Assembly (NCBI RefSeq): GCF_006345805.1
Contig: NC_042999.1
Location: forward strand, 144,584,001-144,648,000
Length of the DNA stretch: 64,000 nucleotides
Direction of reading: 5' to 3'
Source: Octopus sinensis
Lineage: Eukaryota
Shown: positions 38,617-51,830 of the stretch, one piece after another
Layout of the letters: each line of letters starts with the position of its first letter
Position numbering within the stretch: position 1 is the first letter of the stretch
Translations under genes and position numbers: made by a program
The notes under the pieces: model-generated
Told to the model about the DNA's origin: nothing
Seen by the model: the letters and a program-made list of their open reading frames with translations, nothing else
The model's database searches: none

Positions 38617-38793
38617 CTAAAATCTCTTTAAGAATTCTTCAGCACTCAGTCGAGCTCTAGAATTGACTGCTAATTTCATTTCACTGATTTCTTTATCAAT
38701 CTCCTCCATAAACTGAATGATGAAGTCAACCAGTTTATGTTTGAACATCTGCTCTGTATGGAAATTGGTGATTAGGAAGCTGATGTCATAACC
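38617..38793 (-). CDS. ARPC4: ARPC4 exon 5 (terminal, includes TAG)
   Basis: tttcag|GGT...; [58 protein letters not shown]. Confidence 0.98.
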   Translation of the reverse strand, partial: GYDISFLITNFHTEQMFKHKLVDFIIQFMEEIDKEISEMKLAVNSRARLSAEEFLKRF

Positions 38794-39450
38794 CTGAAAT
38801 TTAAATAGAATGGTTTAGAGACAATCATTTAAAGCAAAAAATGTACTGTGAGAAAAGCTCTACGTGATCACTTTACCTACTAGAAATAGTAGCCAAATCT
38901 AATATTTTAAAAAAGAAAGGTCACACTGAATAATGTAGCTCTTATGCCTTCTGGAAAAAAAGTTAAGATGGTCACAGCTTGAATGCTTTTGATCATAGAT
39001 CTGCTGTATGTCCTGGGGCCACACAATTACAACATTATTATGAAATAGTAGTTCTTAGCATTATCAGTGCAAACTAAATTAATGTCAGTACATAAACATT
39101 TACTAATCTACAAGCTATCTCAGACACCAGAGATTTGTTTTAGATAACAAAATATATACATGAGAATAAAAGAACATTTTGAGTTCTGTGAAACTACAAA
39201 ATCTTATCATATCTATTGTAGGTCAAATAAAAGGAATTAGATGGAGAATATATCAAATGGAACTGGATATAAAAGTTTCCCACTAATGAAATGGAGTCAC
39301 AGTTGAATTCAGATAGAACTGAATATGATTGTAATGACATGATGCAATATTGGACTGATTATCAAGCTGTTATAACTGAAATAAGCATGCTTTAAAGTTA
39401 TTCATACAAAGTTGCCTTTTATTCTTACTCATATAAAAATAAAGTCTTAC

Positions 39451-39546
39451 CTCCACTGGTTTTCTTCGTAAAATAATAAAATTTTCGGCTCTCATCATCA
39501 TAAATCTCATGAATTTGTGACATAAAATTTTCTCAATTTCATCAGC
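39451..39546 (-). CDS. ARPC4: ARPC4 exon 4 (96 nt)
   Basis: gtcag|GCT...GAG|gtaag; [32 protein letters not shown]. Confidence 0.98.
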
Positions 39547-40651
39547 CTGACAATAAAATTGAAAACAGTCTTTTCAGTATCAGATAAAATATCTCATGTT
39601 AAAATTTAATCAGAAGAAAAATATCTTTGTTTTTAATTTTTGAAATTCCACAGTTGTTGGCAACAATTGTACAAGTTTACTTTATACACTTCTTATAAAA
39701 GTCTAGTGTATGAAAAGACTCTTAAAATTATTCAAAGCAGTCATACATATGGATTTTAAGATGATACAATTTGGTTTAAGAGAAACTTGACTGTTATTCA
39801 TAGTGGCTTGAATGAATCTGTAGTGACTCCATTGTTAGGATGGTTGCTACTTTGCTTGCAAAACTGCTTACAAATTATTACTAGATCATCAACATCATTT
39901 TATGTTCACTCTCCATGTTGGCATTGGTTGGACAGGATGCAAATAGTGTGTCAGTACATATTCAGGAGTGGCACTCAGTTAGATAGATCCGAGGTCTGCA
40001 TCTTCCTCATGAATTTTATTTTGGCTTGATTTCTACAGCTGGACACTCTTCCTACTACTAACCACACTTTAAAGAGTGTGATGGGTGCTTTCCTCGTAGC
40101 ACCATCAAAAGGAAAGTGTCATATTCTCAACAAGATTCATGGGTCTTCTCAACTTTCTACTTTACAAAGTGTAGTGAATGCATTTTTTCATGGCACCAGC
40201 ACTACAGAGCTAACCATGTCCAAAATATGACTAAAGAGACTTCTTGACCCTCATACCTGTTCACTCACTAATCTCTTTATAGAGTGAGAGGTATAAAGGA
40301 TAAGTCATGAATCACAGAGATAAATCATAAGCGGGATGAGTGATAAGGATAGTGAGTATTCTGAGACAAGTACTATGAACAAGAGGATAGAGGCAATGTG
40401 CTCCAAAGGGAGAGCCAATATATGAATAAAAAGGAGTAAGAATATAATGGCAAGCAGTGACAGCAGATGGGGGAGAGGGGGAGCCAGGATGCATAGATGA
40501 AAAGGAGCAAGAGTATACAGACAGAACAGGGAGATGACTAGCAGCAAAGAGGAAGTGGTTGAGAGTGAAGGTAAATTGTACAGGGCACAATAGGTTCAAT
40601 GCAGTAAAATTTGATGTACTGATGAGGATAAAAAAAAAAGACATTTCTCAC

Positions 40652-40763
40652 CTGTTTTACTGCTATACTTATCCTCAATGAATTAATAGAACCTTCAATC
40701 AATACTTTTTCTTTTTCATTTCGACTGATTACAACAGGGGTTAGCAACAATTCTTTGCTGGTT
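40652..40763 (-). CDS. ARPC4: ARPC4 exon 3 (112 nt)
   Basis: tttcag|A ACC...CAG|gtgag; [37 protein letters not shown]. Confidence 0.98.
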
Positions 40764-42109
40764 CTGAAAGAAAGGATAAAAATATTTTATCCATGTTGGA
40801 AATTCAAGAAAATGAATTTTAAAAAAAATTTATTTAACTGTTAGTATTCTGAATGTTAATGGTGTTAAATAATGTTGAAGATAATGAAATTTTATAATTT
40901 GTTGCATATGTAGGATCCTGCTACCTAGGGTGAGGTTGACCAGAACAAATATAACTATCATTATGATGGCTAGATTTTGCTAATTTCAATACTAAGAGTT
41001 TAATCAACTAATTGTTGTGCTGAAATAATTTATTTACTTAAAGTTAATAAATTACAAAATGCTTACATTTTGGAAGCATCGTCTTCTTGAAAATTTTGCC
41101 ATAACAAAGAATTCTGTAACACAAACCTGTTTTTCTTATGATCTTCTATGTTATGTAATATGGAAGTCAATGAGAAAACAGGTTTTATACTTTGGAATTC
41201 CATGTAATGACAAGATTTTCAGGAGTGCGATGCTTTAGTAATATGGAGGGTGCCTATAATTCATTCTCTCCTGTCAACATACTTAATGGTTTATCTTAAC
41301 CCTATAGCATTCTAATAGTGTGAGATATAAATATATTCTTATCAAATTAGTGAGCTTGACTTCTGTGATTTGGTGGAAGTTTTCTTCCAATGAAAAGCAA
41401 TGTGATTAAATCCAGATATCACTGGTTTATCCCTTATCCCTTTAGCAGTTAAAGTGGCGATAGCCAACACAAATATTCTACCTGTTTTATGTTCAAATCT
41501 TCAAGCCACCCAGATCTGACTTTTCACACCTACCCTACAATGTCATTCTAAAAATGAATGATGTTAGCAGTTCAAAATTGTTGTTTGACCAAATACAAGG
41601 GAGAATGTTGAACCAGAAATGTTGAACATAAAACCAATAGTAGTAATGAATAAAGTCAAAGGTTGATGATCAGAATAATGAGACATGAGATTAGGCTACT
41701 GAGACATTTCTCATCATTCCTTTCAATTTTCTAACTCCTGAAACATTTCTAAACACAGTACAGCTGAGAGTATGAGATGTCATCATTAAAGAGTATATCT
41801 ATGTAACCACCCACTCTACTAGAAACAGCAATCAAATATTTTCCCAAATAAAAAAAAAACCTATCTTCTTAAAAATACAGGACACAATAAGATAATGTTA
41901 TCCTAAATGCATTATCTCTGGATAAAAGACAGAATGGTCACAGCTGGTCACTTTTAATTATAGTTTGACCTATAGCTGAACAACAACAGCATCATCATCA
42001 TCATTGTTTAAAGTCCATTTTCCATGTTGGCAGGGGTTGGACGTCTGTTTTAACTACCTCTAAATATAAAAACATCCAATCCAGTTTTTTTTTACTATCT
42101 CCAGCAAGT

Positions 42110-42580
42110 AGCACAAAGTTGCTACAAATGCTAGGTTTCACAGTGACCCCATCCCCACTACACAGTATGGTTAAGTTTGCATCCCATAGACAAGCCTTCT
42201 GCTTCAGAGCCAGAAAATACTTAAGCTTTCATCACTTACTGACTCTCTGTAAAGCACAAGTAAGATCTACAATAGAGTACTGTTCCTACATCTGTGACAA
42301 TGGACAATGCTGCTGCTATACACATACAAACCTCCTAGACTACGTTAATAGGAAGCTATCCAGCTAACTGACAAAATCTCACTCACCATCACACTACAAC
42401 CTTTGGACCACAGACACAAGTCACCCACCACCATCTATTCTACCACTACTACATCAGCTTCTACTCTTCTAAACAAGCAGCTAGCATAACATCTTAGCTC
42501 AAGCTGTCTTATGTTCCAAAACCTATTCTGAGCACTTCACTTAATCCTTCTTTTCCAGTAAGTCTATTCTGTGGAATTCC
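42110..42580 (+). mobile_element. Degenerate CR1/L2-group LINE fragment
   Basis: LLTLCKAQVRSTIEYCSYI...LLD and LQPLDHR...LFYHYY. The same family occurs at 46700-47060 and 55520-56150. Confidence 0.65.
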
Positions 42581-42745
42581 TCCTACACATGATGGTAGGT
42601 GTTCAAGTTGAGCCTGTGCAGATCTTCTACACTGCCCCATCATCTACTTACAGATGTTTAACTGATCATCAATCATGTTAATATCGCCAGTCTCGAAATA
42701 CCTTTTGACAAGCAAAAGGTTAAAAAGATGAAGCAAGATACTTAC

Positions 42746-42864
42746 TTAACTTCAACTTCTGGTTTATTGTGTCGTTCTACAACTTGTGATTCAAAGTTCT
42801 GCAAACACATTGCTGCTGTAAGAGTGTGTTTCACAGCATTTAAATAGGGACGTAATGTGGCGGC
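42746..42864 (-). CDS. ARPC4: ARPC4 exon 2 (119 nt)
   Basis: tttcag|GCC...AA|gtaagt; [40 protein letters not shown]. Confidence 0.98.
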
Positions 42865-43009
42865 CTGAAAATATAAGAGAAGAAAGATATTTCAATCAGT
42901 TAACGAATTAGTCATTCAAATGATACGCATTAAAAACTATACCAGGAAAACCCTTTATTATTCCCTATCTTCATAGCTTCTCTTGTATAAATATATATGT
43001 GCCATTACC

Positions 43010-43315
43010 ATGTAAAAAGCAATGGTGCTGGCACCATGTAAAAAGCACTGGTGCCACATAAAAAGCACCAGGATGGTGCTATGTAAACGGCATTGGTGCT
43101 GGTGCCATGTAAAGGGCACTGGTGCTGGTTCCACGTAAAAAGCACCTAGTACACTTTGTAAAGTGGTTGACATTGGGAAGGGCATCCAGCTGCAGATACC
43201 ATACCAAAACAGACAATAGAACCTGATGTGGCTTCCAGCCTTGCCAGCTCCTGTCAAATCATCCAACCCATGCCAGCATGGAAAACCGGCATTAAATTAT
43301 GATGATGATGATGAT
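43010..43315 (+). mobile_element. RTE/SINE 3' end with amplified ggtgc-N-taaaaa-gcac subrepeats
   Basis: About six copies of the (c)catgtaaaaagcac-like motif, then the shared 3' end and (GAT)n tail. Confidence 0.8.
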
Positions 43316-44519
43316 TCCTAAACTTTTTAATGATTACAATAAGCCTGTCATGCGATAATTAAAATAGAATCTTAGACCTCTCATATGTGATTGCATTAGT
43401 GTGCATGTATATGTGCATAAGTGTGTTCTCTTACACATGTCACCATTTAACATCCCTTTTTCCATGTTGACATGGGTTGGATGCTTTGATGCAAACTGAT
43501 GAGCCAAGGGCTGCACCAAGCTCGAACGTCTGCTTTGGTTTCTACAGCTGGATGTGTGTGTGTGTGTGTGCTTGTTTTTCCCCTTGTCCTGACATGAGTA
43601 CACTAATTGTAAACGCAAAACTGTTTCATTTGTTTCCAATCCTCTGTGAAAGCATGACCAGCCACTGAGTTGCTAATTGTTCCAAAGTATTAAGGATAAC
43701 CTTACTTGGAAACAGGTAAGGGCTGATGACAGGAAAAAGCATCTGGCCATAGTAAAATTTACCTCAACAGAGTTCTGCCTAACCCATGCAAAAGTGGATG
43801 TTAAAAAAAATGACAATGAAGCTATCTCATATATATTGTTTCATGCTGACATAAATTGAACTGGTTGTCCAACTCATAGCCAGTCACTTCCTACTGGGAT
43901 TTATTGCTCCCAAAGCCTAGGTACATGTCATTTGATTTCTATGGCTGGATACCCGTCCTAATGCTAACCACTTTACAAGGTGTACTGAGTGCATTTTCTC
44001 ATGATATACATACTAGAAAGGTTGAACTTTGGCAAAATTGAAAAAAGTTGGTTGCCTTAATTTTGGGACACGGACACACACGCACAGTGAGAGTAAGAGT
44101 GGGAATAGAAAACTGCTCTAACAAACAAAATCTTTCTTTCCTTTCCATGTAAACATGAGAAAATGGAGTTAAACAGCAACAATAAATAAACCAACAATAA
44201 CAACACTGAAGACTGATATTGAAATATTTTTCTCATGCAATCAGGAAACAAATATGTGGATAAGAAAAAAAAGAACTATAATGAAAACTATAACAAAAAA
44301 AGAAAAACTACTGATCAGTACATTGATTGCTGTTTTGTATTAACAATCAATAAAAATAAACAATACTAATTAAATGTTGCTGGTGTTAGCTGTATATATT
44401 ATAAGCAGCTTTAAATCTATATCAAATTAGATTAATGTAGTAATGTGTGTGCGTGTGTGTATGGTGGGATGCACATGTGTATACACACATGCAGTACTTA
44501 TACACATGTTGGGCAAATA

Positions 44520-46250
44520 CTATGAAGGCTACTCTGGAATATATGATGACACCAAGAATGAGGAGAGATGAAGGGTTCTGGAGTTCTGGGACATAAATGA
44601 CCTAACCTTTTGCAATACTAATTTTAGGAAACCATCCAATCACTTACATGCTCACCAATAATACTCACTAGAAAATTAGATGGAAAGTTGTGAACATTAA
44701 GTCTTTCCATGGAGAAAAACATACTGTTCAACATAGACTAGGGATTAATTACTTCAAATAAGAGTTGAATAAACTCAGAGAAATAAGGCAATTTGGAGAA
44801 AGGTGTGAAAACTGAAAGATACTCTACTAAACATAGGTTCAGAGTTCTGGGTGACATGCATATCAAGAGAGAGGAGAAGATAGAGATCTATAGCATAGAG
44901 GACAACTGCAAACCATGGACAAAATTTGTGGTTGGAGCAAGTATTAGCTAGAAAAAAGGTGACATAATGATGATAGAATAATATCATAGAGTTATAAAAG
45001 CTAAAGGACAGACCTGGACAGAGTGAAAAAAAGGGAGCAGTAAAGAATACTATTAAATAACTAGAAAAGAAGCACACCCAAATTTATGTAGCACAGAAAG
45101 GATCAAGATATTGTTGGGAAGAGTGTGTTCAGAATGATAGCTGTACACTTACCCTTTCAAAAGTTGAGGAGAAAAAGGTTTAGAAATGTTATATGAAGTT
45201 TCTGAATGTGGAGAATGTGTGGGAGGTAGATCAACAATCTCAACTAGACCCAACAAAGGAACTGGCTATTGAAGTTGACAATTATTTGATTGAAATGGCC
45301 TTTCAGGTTATGAAGGTAGGGAAAGCTGTAGAAACATCAGGGATAATCACTAAGACACTGAAAATATCTGGCAAAATAGAGACCAAGCTTATCACTCATA
45401 TAAGACAGTTGGGTTTGTCATACACAGTGACTGATGTAGCATCATCAACATTAACTGCTACAAAGGCAAAGGAGGAGGAGTTCTAGAAAAAAGCAACTGC
45501 AGAGACATCAAACTAATGAACCAGATTAGGTAAGGAACAGAATTTGCTATAGCATAACTAATCAGCAAGAGCTTTGATGAAATGCATTTCAAATTTGAGC
45601 CAGGTGAACGGTACCACTGATACCTGAGACAACTTAGCTAGGGGTAAGCCACTGTACCAAGTACTTTTTGATCTAGAAAAGGATTTTGACAGAAGACCAC
45701 ACTCAGTAGTCTAGTGTATTTTAGAAAACTTTTAGCAAAGAGAAAGTTGGCAATGATTTCAGTGATGAATTTAGTGCACAAATAGGTATTTATGAAGACT
45801 CAATTCGCAGACCGCTCCTATTTATTTTAGTTCTCCAGATCATAACAGAACTATATGATGATAAATTCAGACTAAACTTAGTGAAGACTAAAGTTTTAAT
45901 AAGTAAGAAAGAAACGGGCCTTTGCTGCCTTCAGGGAAACAGATGCAAAAAAAGAGTAGGTAAAAATTCTATATGATGTACCCATGGGTGCACAAAAGGT
46001 ACAGTGGAATCAGACAAGCTGATAGAGAGAAAACTTTACATGTGCTAGATGCACAGTAGTAGATTGCAATCAGAATGCCAGTGAAAAAATTCTTTCAAAT
46101 GCTTGGAAAGCTCCACAGATGTAGTTGACAGCTTTTATTACCTAAATGATCTAATCAACAATGCAGAAGGATGCTCTGAAAAAATAGCAAGCAAAATAAC
46201 AGTTAAATTATTAAACTGTTATCTCTTCTAGCAACAAATGCCTTCAAGCA
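44520..46250 (+). mobile_element. Old degenerate RTE ORF (APE endonuclease plus RT) in ARPC4 intron 1
   Basis: RNEE..RVLEF..INDLTFCNTNFRKPSNH (APE), MKVGKAVETSGII..LKISG, NCYKGKG, DLEKDFDR, KCLESSTDVVDS. Confidence 0.75.
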
Positions 46251-46699
46251 AAGGATATGTGCATAATACATACACTATACATAAAATAATTTATTATATA
46301 CATATATATACTTGCTGGCAGTATTGTTAACACACTGGCCAAAATATATTTCATCTGCCTTTATGTTCTGAGTTCACGGTCAACTTTGCCTTTCATCCTT
46401 TAGGCTCATTAATAGACTTAGCCCTCCCCAAAATTTGAAACCAATATGTATATACTTATAAATGATGGTTATAATATATAATACATATAAATGACGTTGG
46501 TTATTATATTTAGCAACATTCTGAAAACCTTAGACCTAATTTATTCATAATTTACAATAATCATAATTCAAGCAAAACTTCAAGATTATAGATCCCACCA
46601 GAACATAAGAGAAAAAGTATTTTGGAAGTATTACTTAAAAAAATCATTTAGTCTGAGGAAGAGATTAAGTGCTTAAAACATTTACAGGACTCCCAGGCT

Positions 46700-47060
46700 A
46701 GTGAGACCAAGTATACAGATGTTTAGTTTGAACACCTGCAAGTTGATGGCTGCTAGAGGCAGATTCCAGAGAGTTGCAATTTGAGGCAAAAGGAGTGTTT
46801 AGTGCCGAATTTGAAAGATGTGTAGAAGAGAGGCTAGTACACAATGTGCGATTGCATATTTAGTTAGTTCAGAAGAACAGAAACTATTGTAGCAGTGACA
46901 TGCGACAGATGTGGAAACATTTTATTGGTGGGTCAGTGATTGTAATGTATTGATGAGTGAAGGTTAACCAATCATGGGATGATCTTTACGGGAGGGACTG
47001 CGGTCAGTGTGAATCAATATTATGAAGCAGTCATAGTCAGCTTGAGCAAACTTATAGCAT
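46700..47060 (-). mobile_element. CR1/L2-group LINE 3' relic
   Basis: Reverse strand reads CYNSFCSSELT...LWNLPL...LQVFKLNI. Confidence 0.55.
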
Positions 47061-50000
47061 GGAGTAGGCAATCAAAACCTTCGGAGCAATTAAGCTCAGT
47101 GATTTATTTGTTTAAATATCATATGTCTTGCTAGTCAATCTGGCTGCATATACTTGAAGCCTTTAGTAAAGACATCAAAGACAAATAAATAGGTTTGGTA
47201 AGTATATGCTGGTTTGGACTTAGTATTGTTTCATTCAGTAAATTGATTTTCAATTTACCTTGTTAGATTGAGCTGACAAGGAAGTTTAATACATTTTAAA
47301 ATGCTCATATTTAAATTAAAATCTCTTTGAAGATTTAATATAAGGACCATTTGAACGACAGAGTTATACACCAATAAATACTAGTTATTTTACTAAAGAG
47401 CCTCAGAGCTTTGATTAATTTCAAAATGAACTGAAACACAAGTATAAGAAATATGGTCATGAAAGACATAAGCTCTCAACCTTCTGTATTAATCCTATTG
47501 CTTTGGGATTACTGTATACTGATTTCTTACATAGTCACAAGGTCAATTTTCATAGTAATTTGTAACTCAGTATATTACTGTTACTTATTTTATTGATCAC
47601 AGAATAATTTGATCTAATGGTGAATGCTAGGTCACTATTAATTATCAATCTCTTATACAACAACCAGAGTTTATAAAGGAGGAAGAGCAGAATCATAAAA
47701 TGTGATGTTCATACTACTCTCAAAGTCATTATGATTACTAATTGTTATTTTATCTTGGCAAAATCATTAGAGCGTTGGAAAAATGCTTTACAATGTTTGT
47801 TCTAGCTCTTTATGTTCTGTGTTCAAATTCCACAAAGGTCATTTTGCCGGTCATCCTTTTGGGAGTGGTTAATAAAATGCCAGTCAAATACAGGAGAAGA
47901 GGGTGTTGAGGGTATCAACTAACCCCAATATCCTCAAAATTACTGGCATTGTATCTAAATGTAATAGAACTTTTTAATCATCAAATAGCTATGAGGGTCC
48001 AGTAGTGTAAAATAGGAATCAAAGGGGTCTGTATATAAAAAAAAATAGTTGCAAAACATTGTATAAATGAATAGCAGTGTCAGGAAATTGGCACTAATCA
48101 AATGGTAGATCAAAACTTCATTTAATGTAACAATGCTACGAATAAAGACTATAGCATAACAAAACTATAGGTGGAAGAATTAATAGAATACCAAACAATC
48201 CGAGAAAAATAACATAGTATCCTGTTATAAACTTATAATACATTTATTGTATTTTCAGCCAAAAAAAAAAAAAAAAAAAAAATGGCACTTTCAATAGACT
48301 AATCTACTTATCTGCAAAAGGTACCATAAAGGATAGTAGTTGCTGTTTAGTCCTAGGTCAGCCTTGATCAAGCAGGCCTATCAGGCTAGCCAATAAGATT
48401 TATTTTTTTCTGTCTATCTAAAATCACAATATTCAATGTCCTTTTTTAAGTTATCAGTATGTTATATCTTAGTGAGAGTTGGCTGCTACTTCTATCAGGT
48501 TAAGTAATGACATAAAGGCATACTTGTTAGCTTTGTATAGGGTAATATAACAGCCAAATCTTCTTCAAATTATACCACACTATCTTAAAAATATAAATAT
48601 ACATTGAATAATAACTGGGAGGAAAAAAACAATGATCATAACTTCAATGCCTTTGATCACAGGTCATTTGCTCAAATAGGGCAAACCAGGGATTAAAAAT
48701 ATCAGTCACAAATTTTATAGAACTTGAACTGTAAAATTAATGAGTGACACATTAGAATTTCAGTTCTTAATTTGATGCTGCCAAGAAGAAAACATTATCT
48801 GCAATACCAATACAGTGAGATATATTTCTCTTAATCAGCCCAAAGTCAAGGAAACTGCAGATAAACACTGGCCAAGTGGGCCAGAAAGGTTTGTGAAAGG
48901 AAATGATAATATAGTATAAGAGTTAACTGCTGAAACACTTAACAGTGACCTAAAAACTGAGTATGTCTGGCATGTGAAGATCAAAGGAATGTGGAATTAA
49001 CTGCAGCCATCCCAAATGAGGCTGAACTGGACATTGCTAATTAATCTGCAGTTTACAATTCTGGAGACAATTTATTATATATGGTACTGAGAATAATAAT
49101 GATAATAATAGTTTTATTAGTATTATTATTGTTTCACAAGGCCTACAAAAGTTTAGAGTGGATAACTTTGAACAAACCAATCCCTAGTACTTGACTGGAA
49201 GAATAACTATCACCTGCAGAGTGAGCCAGTAGACTCCAACTAAAATTAAATTGTAATAAAATGGTCACAATTTCAAACTGGATTTACTTCTTTTAAAAAT
49301 CATTTAAGTGGCATTGATCTTTTGGTTTTAAATTTGATGAACTTTAGATTTTTGATGAAACAAAGATGTTTCTGCTTTCTTCTTTACGTATTTTTATAGT
49401 TTATTTCTTTCATGCCCTTAATTTTCAGCCTTTGATAACCATAGCCCCATTTTTAAAAAAATTTGCAAGTTTGTCTTATGTTTGATCCAAAGTAACTTAC
49501 TTAATATATAATATGCAAAACTGAAATAGTATGCTTTTAGACTTTAAACTCAAACTTGAGCAAGTTAAGGTGGATTCACTCTCACAACATATGTTGCGTG
49601 CACTCAATAAACATAAGAAATGTATGCTTAGTCTAATTACAAATAGGAGTCAACAGTACCATAAACTGATGAGACTGAGGTTTTATGAACTGATTCTACA
49701 GCCTTGATCGCCAGGAGCCTTACATAGAGGTGAAAAAGCAAATTAGATAGAATATTGAATAATTAGGTCTCAAATTCAAAGTTCAGTGCAGGTGTTTTGT
49801 TGTGAATATGGACAGTACAAAAACACACTTAATTCTATATCTCAGTTCACCTAGTTTTGGAAATAGGCATTAGATTTTCTCACAATGTTACCAGAACGTT
49901 TAAAATAATATTAGTAAGCCAAATATGATGTTCTTTCCTTACTTCATAATTAACTTAAATTAGATTTTTAATGTTATCTACATTAAATACATAAACACTT

Positions 50001-50214
50001 AATTCTTTTGATAATTAACCTCAATGACTTATATTCTTAAATGTGTTACCTATAATAAACTGGAAAACTATCAAAGGAGAGATATATTTCTATACATAAT
50101 AAAACTAGATCTAAGTAACAATCAACCTACTCCTTTTTCATAAACCCTTCTGAATGTTAGAGATGCTGGACCAAGTACCTAACAGTAGTTAGTTACATTT
50201 CCTGACTTTACTTA

Positions 50215-51830
50215 TCATCCTTATGAGGTCGAAGAAAAAAGTACCAGTTGAGTACAAAAGTCAATGTAATCGACTTACCCAAGCCCCAGAAATTGTTTAC
50301 CTTGTGCCAAAATTTGAAATTACTATTACTATTATGATGATGGTGAAGGTGGTGAGTTGGCAGAGCCGTTAGCACTACGGACAAAATGCTCAGTGGCATT
50401 GCCTTCATCCGAGTTCAAATTCAACCAAGGTCGATTTGCCTTTCATCCTTTCGGGGTCGATAAATTAAGTATCAGTTGATCACTAAGATCGATGTAATCG
50501 ACTTACCTCTCTCACTTGAAATTGCTGGCCTTCAGCCAAAATGTGAAACCATTATCATTATGATTGGTGACGGATTGGTTAATCATCAGAGCAACTTGCA
50601 GCCCTTTAATAGTTAGTTAAATCCCACCAAAGTCAACTCTGTTTTGCATCCTCTTGGGATCGATAAGATAAAATACCAATTAAGTACAGTAATCGACTAA
50701 TACCTCCTCCAAATGTCTGGCTTCAACGAGTATTACTAAGAACAATGGATAAAAATACCTAGTGGTATTTTATCCTTGGTTGTCCCTAAGTTCAATAAAA
50801 TTACTAAAGTCAATTTTATTTGCTTAACGGCATTTCGTCCGTATGTACGCTTTGAGTTCAAATTCCGATGGGGTCGACTTCACCTTTCATCTTTTCGGGG
50901 TCGATAAAAATAAGTAGTAGTTGAGATCTGGAGTCGATGTAATCGACTTAGCCTCTCCCCCAAAACTGCTGGCTTTGTGCCAAAATTTGAAACCAATTAT
51001 AATTATTGTTATCTTTATTATCAAGAATCTATAGAGCGGCCGTCAAAACGCTTGAAATATTTTAATCACGTGAGTTAAATTCCCGCTGTGATTGACTTTA
51101 CCTGTCATACTTCCAAAGACGATAGAATAAAATTCCAGTCGAATATTGTTACCTATATAATCAGTTGTTCACTACAAGTTGGCTCTCTTAAATCCGGTAT
51201 TCATGGGACCCAACCACTGTCGGACCGCAGAAACAGAAAATAACCTCTAAGAAAACAGTTCTGTTATCTCATTCCACATATATATTGATGCTTTATCAAA
51301 CTTAGAACCAATTTTGAAATCAATCAATGAATATAATACGGCTTCCTAACAAGGTTTTTAATTTGCTTTGTGGAATATAAAGTCTACAACAAACCAAAAC
51401 TTCTATGTGCCGGACCATGCATTGCGTGATCTGTATTACAAATTGTGCGACCTTGTGTCTAGAAATCGTGGTTGGTGGATGACAGAATCGGAGGATAACC
51501 GAACAAAATGCTTTGGGGTATGTAATTGAGTCCCTTCTCATTCAGAATTTGAATCCTGCTTAGGTCAACTTCTATCCTTCCTGTTCTGATAAAATAAACT
51601 ACCAACAAGTGTTGAGTCAACTTAAAAACTCCTCCCCTATCAGTATGTAACCTTAGTAGATTGGCAAAAAAAATCGTCAGTTAAAAAGCCTTTAGTATTC
51701 GTTCGAGTTCTTTCCGATCCGAGTTCAAATCTCGCCGAAATCATCTTTGCCTCTCATCCTTCCGGGTTAGATAGAAATAAATTACTAGTCGTGTACTGCG
51801 GTCGATATAATCGACTGTTTTCATGAAAAA
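50215..51830 (+). mobile_element. Head-to-tail cluster of about seven same-orientation SINE copies
   Basis: Repeated gagttcaaat...catcc...gtcgata...taatcgact units at ~50215, 50350, 50565, 50820, 51040, 51470 and 51655, several ending in (ATT)n-like tails. Confidence 0.75.

Noticed and set aside
43010-43150. Short palindromic repeats as a CRISPR-like array
   Set aside because: Irregular spacing, spacers are variants of the repeat, and the motif belongs to the RTE/SINE 3' region.
48259-48282. 24-nt poly(A) as a retrocopy tail
   Set aside because: No upstream coding or repeat body and no TSD recognised.
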